Source: Nanobdellota archaeon (GTDB lineage Archaea; Nanobdellota; Nanobdellia; SCGC-AAA011-G17; JAFCDX01). Taken from it: 56,592 nucleotides of DNA. Numbering within the stretch: the first letter of the stretch is position 1; each line of letters starts with the position of its first letter. The notes under the pieces were generated by a model, which was not told the origin of the DNA, ran no database searches, and worked only from the letters and a program-made list of their open reading frames with translations. The DNA lies in contig JBFMDT010000004.1 in assembly GCA_040753775.1 (NCBI GenBank), forward strand, positions 1-56,592. The letters run 5' to 3'. Positions 53,101 through 56,592 of this stretch are shown here, piece after piece. Made by a program: the position numbers and the translations under genes.

Positions 53101-53376
53101 ATGCTTATGCTTGAATTACCCTTGTGGCAGAAACTATTGCTTTATGCCTTTGTTCTTATAGCCATATTCATCTTTGTAAAAACATCGCAAATCAGGATTA
53201 ATGGAAAAACTATTGTCAAATTAAGGTACAGAATTCTTTTAGCCTTATTCTTTCCTGTCTTGTTAGCAATCTTTTTTATCCTTGGTTCACTAATACTCTC
53301 AATTATCTTGTTAGTAATATTTTTAATAATCCTTATCCTTGTTTTTAGAAGGTCCAAAAGACCAAAATATTTATAA
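53101..53376 (+). CDS. small membrane protein
   Basis: Three hydrophobic helices and a basic C-terminus. No family assignment. Confidence 0.4.
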   Translation: MLMLELPLWQKLLLYAFVLIAIFIFVKTSQIRINGKTIVKLRYRILLALFFPVLLAIFFILGSLILSIILLVIFLIILILVFRRSKRPKYL

Positions 53377-53377
53377 A
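53370..53377 (+). promoter_or_regulatory. TATA box (TTTATAAA) for the histone gene
   Basis: Centred about 26 nt upstream of the ATG at 53400. Confidence 0.5.
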
Positions 53378-53399
53378 TTCCTCTTCTTTAGCCTTGAAT

Positions 53400-53600
53400 A
53401 TGGGAATTTTGCCTTTGGCGGCTATGGAAAAGCTCATTAAGAAAGCTGGAGCTCAAAGAGTCAGCGAGGATGCAAAAGTAGCCTTAAAGGAAATCTTGGA
53501 GGACCATGCTCAGCTTATATGCGAAAAAGCAGCCAGAATAGCCATGCATTCAGGAAGAAAAACCGTTAAATCCGGAGATATAAAATTAGCTTCTAAGTAA
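53400..53600 (+). CDS. archaeal histone (HMf family)
   Basis: LPLAAMEKLIKKAGAQRVSEDAKVALKEILEDHAQLICEKAARIAMHSGRKTVKSGDIKLA is a complete histone fold. The ATG at 53400 is preferred over the track's TTG at 53394. Confidence 0.9.
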   Translation: MGILPLAAMEKLIKKAGAQRVSEDAKVALKEILEDHAQLICEKAARIAMHSGRKTVKSGDIKLASK

Positions 53601-53602
53601 AA

Positions 53603-53833
53603 ATGGACAATATAGAAAAAACAATATTGTCAATGCTTAAAAGGAATGAAATAGTTAATGGTTGTGTTGGCGTACGCAAGCCAGATAATAGCGTAGAATA
53701 TTGCTTAAAAGTAAAATTAAATGGGCATTGGTATATACTTTCAAGTTATATAACAACTAAGTTAAAAAAATATATCCATTTATCAGGTGATATTTGTGAA
53801 GATTGTTTTAAAAAGCAGTTGATATCCAGTTAA
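53603..53833 (+). CDS. hypothetical protein (76 aa)
   Basis: ORF only. Starts 2 nt after the histone stop. Has a C-terminal CxxC. Confidence 0.4.
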   Translation: MDNIEKTILSMLKRNEIVNGCVGVRKPDNSVEYCLKVKLNGHWYILSSYITTKLKKYIHLSGDICEDCFKKQLISS

Positions 53834-53847
53834 AATATATTTGGCTC

Positions 53848-54363
53848 TTATTTAACAAGCCCTCTAGATTTTCTTCCAACAGATGTTAATCCCCTGTAAA
53901 CCCTTCCTCTCTGTCTTGCTATCCAACTTATTTTTTTATCAGCCTTTATCACAGGACTATTAGGATCAACCAAGATAACTTCATACCAATAATGCACTCC
54001 ATCTTTTCCAACCCAATAGGAATTTAGCACTTCTAGATTTGGATATCTTTTGTTGGCTCTTTCTTCAGCAACCCATTGATAGCTCTTTCCAACAATTTTC
54101 TTCAGCCTTAAATTCTTGCTTTTTCTTCCCCTTCTCCCATATTTTCTTCTCTGTCTTCCCCCCCTTAAAAGCCTTACTCTGATAATAATATATCCCTGCT
54201 TTGCTTTATAACCTAAACCCCTTGCCCTGTCTATCCTTGTTGGTTTTTCAATTCTTACTAGTGCAGGCTCTTTTCTCCATTCTATTAATCTATCTAAATA
54301 AACTTCTGATTCCCTTGGTCTTTTCCAGGCCTCTCTTACAGCACTATAAAGATTCATCCTCAA
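53848..54363 (-). CDS. rpl15e: 50S ribosomal protein L15e
   Basis: YSAVREAWKRP...RIDRARGLGYKAKQGY...RGGRQRRK pattern of eL15. Confidence 0.9.
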   Translation of the reverse strand: MRMNLYSAVREAWKRPRESEVYLDRLIEWRKEPALVRIEKPTRIDRARGLGYKAKQGYIIIRVRLLRGGRQRRKYGRRGRKSKNLRLKKIVGKSYQWVAEERANKRYPNLEVLNSYWVGKDGVHYWYEVILVDPNSPVIKADKKISWIARQRGRVYRGLTSVGRKSRGLVK

Positions 54364-54408
54364 AAAGTAAAAAGAAATATATTTAAATGTTTCTAATGTA
54401 TTCTTAAA

Positions 54409-54966
54409 ATGCTAATTAGTCCAACTGAAATATTTTATCTGCTAATTGTAACAGCTGTAATTGGTTACATTTTTATGAACTTTATCCCAAGAGCCTATAA
54501 TCCCTATGTTTTAAGAAAAAGATTTGACTGGAATAACTTTAAGCTTGCCTGTCTTTTAGTAGCCCCAGGCATAGTATTTCATGAACTAGCCCATAAGTTT
54601 GTTGCAATGTCTTTTGGTTTAAGTGCAGCATTCCAGATATGGCCCTTCGGTTTAATACTTGGAGCATTCCTAAAAGCAATCGGCTCAAGTTTTATTCTGC
54701 TTGCGCCTGGTTGGGTTGGTATAAGCTCTGGAACGACATTACTTCAGTCAGTTCTTATTGCCTTTTCAGGGCCTTTCATCAATTTAACATTATGGCTTGT
54801 CTCATGGATAATATTGAATAGGGCTAAGTTGACAAGAAAGCAGGCAGTATTTCTCTATCTTCTGAAGCAGGTAAACATGTGGTTATTTATTTTCAATATG
54901 CTGCCAATACCTCCTTTAGATGGAAGCAAGGTGTTTTATGGCTTGTTTAAAATTATATTTGGATAA
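54409..54966 (+). CDS. site-2 protease (M50) family membrane metalloprotease, minimal form
   Basis: HELAHKF (HExxH) in a TM helix and NMLPIPPLDG (NxxPxxxLDG). Confidence 0.8.
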   Translation: MLISPTEIFYLLIVTAVIGYIFMNFIPRAYNPYVLRKRFDWNNFKLACLLVAPGIVFHELAHKFVAMSFGLSAAFQIWPFGLILGAFLKAIGSSFILLAPGWVGISSGTTLLQSVLIAFSGPFINLTLWLVSWIILNRAKLTRKQAVFLYLLKQVNMWLFIFNMLPIPPLDGSKVFYGLFKIIFG

Positions 54967-55495
54967 GCTCTTTCAATTTTGATAGCTCATTTTCTAAATC
55001 TGTAATCTTTTTAGCAATAACCTTTAGCCTTTTTACAGTATCATCCTGAACCATCAGGTTGCCGCATTCTTGGCATACATACTGGTAATCCATTGCTGTT
55101 TCTATATCAACCCTAGTGCATTTGTTAGGGCATACAAAAAATATCTTTTTTTCCTCAAGTTTTAACTCCTCCCTTAACCTGTTTAATTCCCTTTGTTTGA
55201 TCATTATAACTATACTAAGCGCCTTTCCCTCATTAAATGTCCAATAATAAATATACCATCCCTTTTTTTTGTCCTTTTTTCTTATAGAAGACACTAACCC
55301 ATAAGAATCTAGTTTGTATATAATGTTCCTGACGTCATTTATCTCAAGCTTAAGCTTTTCTGCAAGTTTGAATTCAGAAATATCCTTTTTATTTTTAAGC
55401 ACCTTTACAACAGGTATAACCTCATTTCCTATTGTCTCGCTTATAGCCTTCTCTATATCCTTATCTAATTCCTTAGAAATCTTCCTCTTTTTCAT
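54953..55495 (-). CDS. tfe: transcription factor E alpha (TFE)
   Basis: Winged helix (ISEFKLAEKLKLEINDVRNIIYKLDSYGLV...WYIYYW) and a zinc ribbon (CPNKC...CQEC). Confidence 0.8.
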   Translation of the reverse strand: MKKRKISKELDKDIEKAISETIGNEVIPVVKVLKNKKDISEFKLAEKLKLEINDVRNIIYKLDSYGLVSSIRKKDKKKGWYIYYWTFNEGKALSIVIMIKQRELNRLREELKLEEKKIFFVCPNKCTRVDIETAMDYQYVCQECGNLMVQDDTVKRLKVIAKKITDLENELSKLKELIQI

Positions 55496-55596
55496 CCAAT
55501 TTTAATGCAGCACCTTATTTAAATAAATTTAGGTATTTTGTTTACTACACAGAAATAATAAGAAAAATTTAATAACCCAACAAGCAATTCTAATGT

Positions 55597-56004
55597 ATGT
55601 CATTATTTGGAAAGAAAAAAGAGGAAAAATTAGAGCTTCCAAAGTTTCCTGAATTTCCTTCTTATACACCAACTATAAAGCCCTTAGAAGAGATAAAAGC
55701 AGAGGTTCAAAAGCAGGATATTCCATTCAGGCAAAAAACCATGCCGATAACTACCCCAAAGCAGCAGGTAGTCCAGCAGGCAATTCATGAAGAAAAGCCA
55801 ATATTCGTAAAAATAGACAAGTACAAAACTGCCATTCACCTGATAGACAGCATAAAGGCAAAGGTAAAGGAAGCTGAGGATACTCTTGATGAGCTTATGA
55901 GAATAAAGGACGAGGAAGAAAGAAATCTAAGGGCATGGAAGGATGAAATAGAAAAAATAAAAAACAAGCTTCTTGATATAGACAAGAACCTTTTTGAAGT
56001 ATGA
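55597..56004 (+). CDS. coiled-coil hypothetical protein
   Basis: Pro/Gln-rich N-half, then IFVKIDKYK and a heptad-rich C-half. Confidence 0.45.
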   Translation: MSLFGKKKEEKLELPKFPEFPSYTPTIKPLEEIKAEVQKQDIPFRQKTMPITTPKQQVVQQAIHEEKPIFVKIDKYKTAIHLIDSIKAKVKEAEDTLDELMRIKDEEERNLRAWKDEIEKIKNKLLDIDKNLFEV

Positions 56005-56369
56005 TAAAAGAAAAGCCAGAAGTAATGCATGTAATGCTCTCTTCTCCATATTACCTAAGAAAAGAGGTGTTAAAAACAGCGATAGATAGCACAAAGCTTC
56101 TTAAATATTTTGAGGATATTAAGGAAATCAAGGCAAAAAAAGAGGCCTATTTAGGGCATTTTAAAAAGATATTTGATGACATGGCAAAGCTTTCTGTTGA
56201 TTTGTATAATTCTTTACCTAAATTTGAAGAGGAAAAAGAAACTGAAAAACCAGGTGTTAAAATTTCTAAAATACAGCAGCCAAAAAAGCCAATTAAAACC
56301 CCGGAGAAAAGCAAGATAGAACTCGAGTTGGAAGAGATTGAGAAAAAATTGGAAAATATAAAGATTTAA
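56001..56369 (+). CDS. coiled-coil hypothetical protein
   Basis: ATGA overlap with the upstream gene. Helical N-domain, Lys/Pro-rich linker, and a short terminal coiled coil. Confidence 0.45.
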   Translation: MIKEKPEVMHVMLSSPYYLRKEVLKTAIDSTKLLKYFEDIKEIKAKKEAYLGHFKKIFDDMAKLSVDLYNSLPKFEEEKETEKPGVKISKIQQPKKPIKTPEKSKIELELEEIEKKLENIKI

Positions 56370-56434
56370 AAACTATTTATAGACATTTTATATAGTAAGG
56401 TATTTAAATTAAAAATATTGTAATTTATATAAAA

Positions 56435-56592
56435 ATGGATATATATATATATAATAAAAGAGGTACTTATTTGGGTTTGATATTTTTAGTACTGTTAATA
56501 AGTTTGTTAACTATTTCTTTTGTAAGGGCGCAGGACATAACTATTTGTGATAGTGGCTGTAATTATACTGTTGCTAATTTCGTTATGGCTTT
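56435..56592 (+). CDS. secreted protein, N-terminal fragment (runs off the right edge)
   Basis: MDIYIYNKRGTYLGLIFLVLLISLLTISFVRAQD is a signal peptide. The following ITICDSGCNYT resembles the start of archaeal beta-helix surface proteins. The frame is open to the window end. Confidence 0.45.
   Translation, partial: MDIYIYNKRGTYLGLIFLVLLISLLTISFVRAQDITICDSGCNYTVANFVMA

Noticed and set aside
1-56592. CRISPR arrays, rRNA genes, prophage or defence islands
   Set aside because: I saw no regularly spaced direct repeats, no GC-rich rRNA-like stretches, and no recognisable Cas, restriction, toxin-antitoxin or phage structural genes while reading the window.

Overview
AT-rich (about one third G+C by eye), very gene-dense window that looks archaeal and most resembles a small-genome DPANN-type lineage. 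This is inferred from gene content; no searches were run, and all family calls rest on motifs read from the translations. Archaeal markers: histone, eL15, TFE-alpha, PriS, ATP-dependent DNA ligase, deoxyhypusine synthase, GatDE, Pilin_N-type pilins and intron-containing tRNAs. Main blocks: (1) 189-4105, a TrmB regulator divergent from a B12-binding radical SAM gene coupled to a DUF4392 gene, abutted by an IS6/IS240-like transposase. (2) 5823-15928, an 11-gene minus-strand type IV pilus-like locus. It has at least seven class III signal or pilin-like genes, two separate T2SSF platform genes, and a FlaI/PilB/KlbA-type ATPase carrying a 534-aa LAGLIDADG intein with an atypical C-terminal Phe-Asp. 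(3) Six tRNA genes, every one interrupted, with 12 inferred introns of which 6 are at non-canonical positions (D-arm, anticodon stem, T-arm, T-loop). (4) A glutaredoxin-like, TrxB, aldehyde dehydrogenase and two saccharopine-dehydrogenase-like gene operon. (5) A cobalamin theme: CobA/CobO-type adenosyltransferase, class II RNR, B12-radical SAM. (6) Two tRNA-dependent amidotransferase operons: gatD-(MJ1316/DUF504)-gatE with a compact GatE, and a bacterial-type aspS fused to gatCAB. (7) Housekeeping genes: ftsZ, lig, proS, adk, udk, tldD/pmbA, translin and others. Non-coding signals: a 14-mer box (TTAACGTTACAATG) at three promoters, two of them with identical 46-nt spacing to the start codon; two TTAGGT palindromes; a shared 25-nt AT-rich motif; and a structured repeat element in the long ftsZ/gatD intergenic region. 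No rRNA and no CRISPR array were seen.
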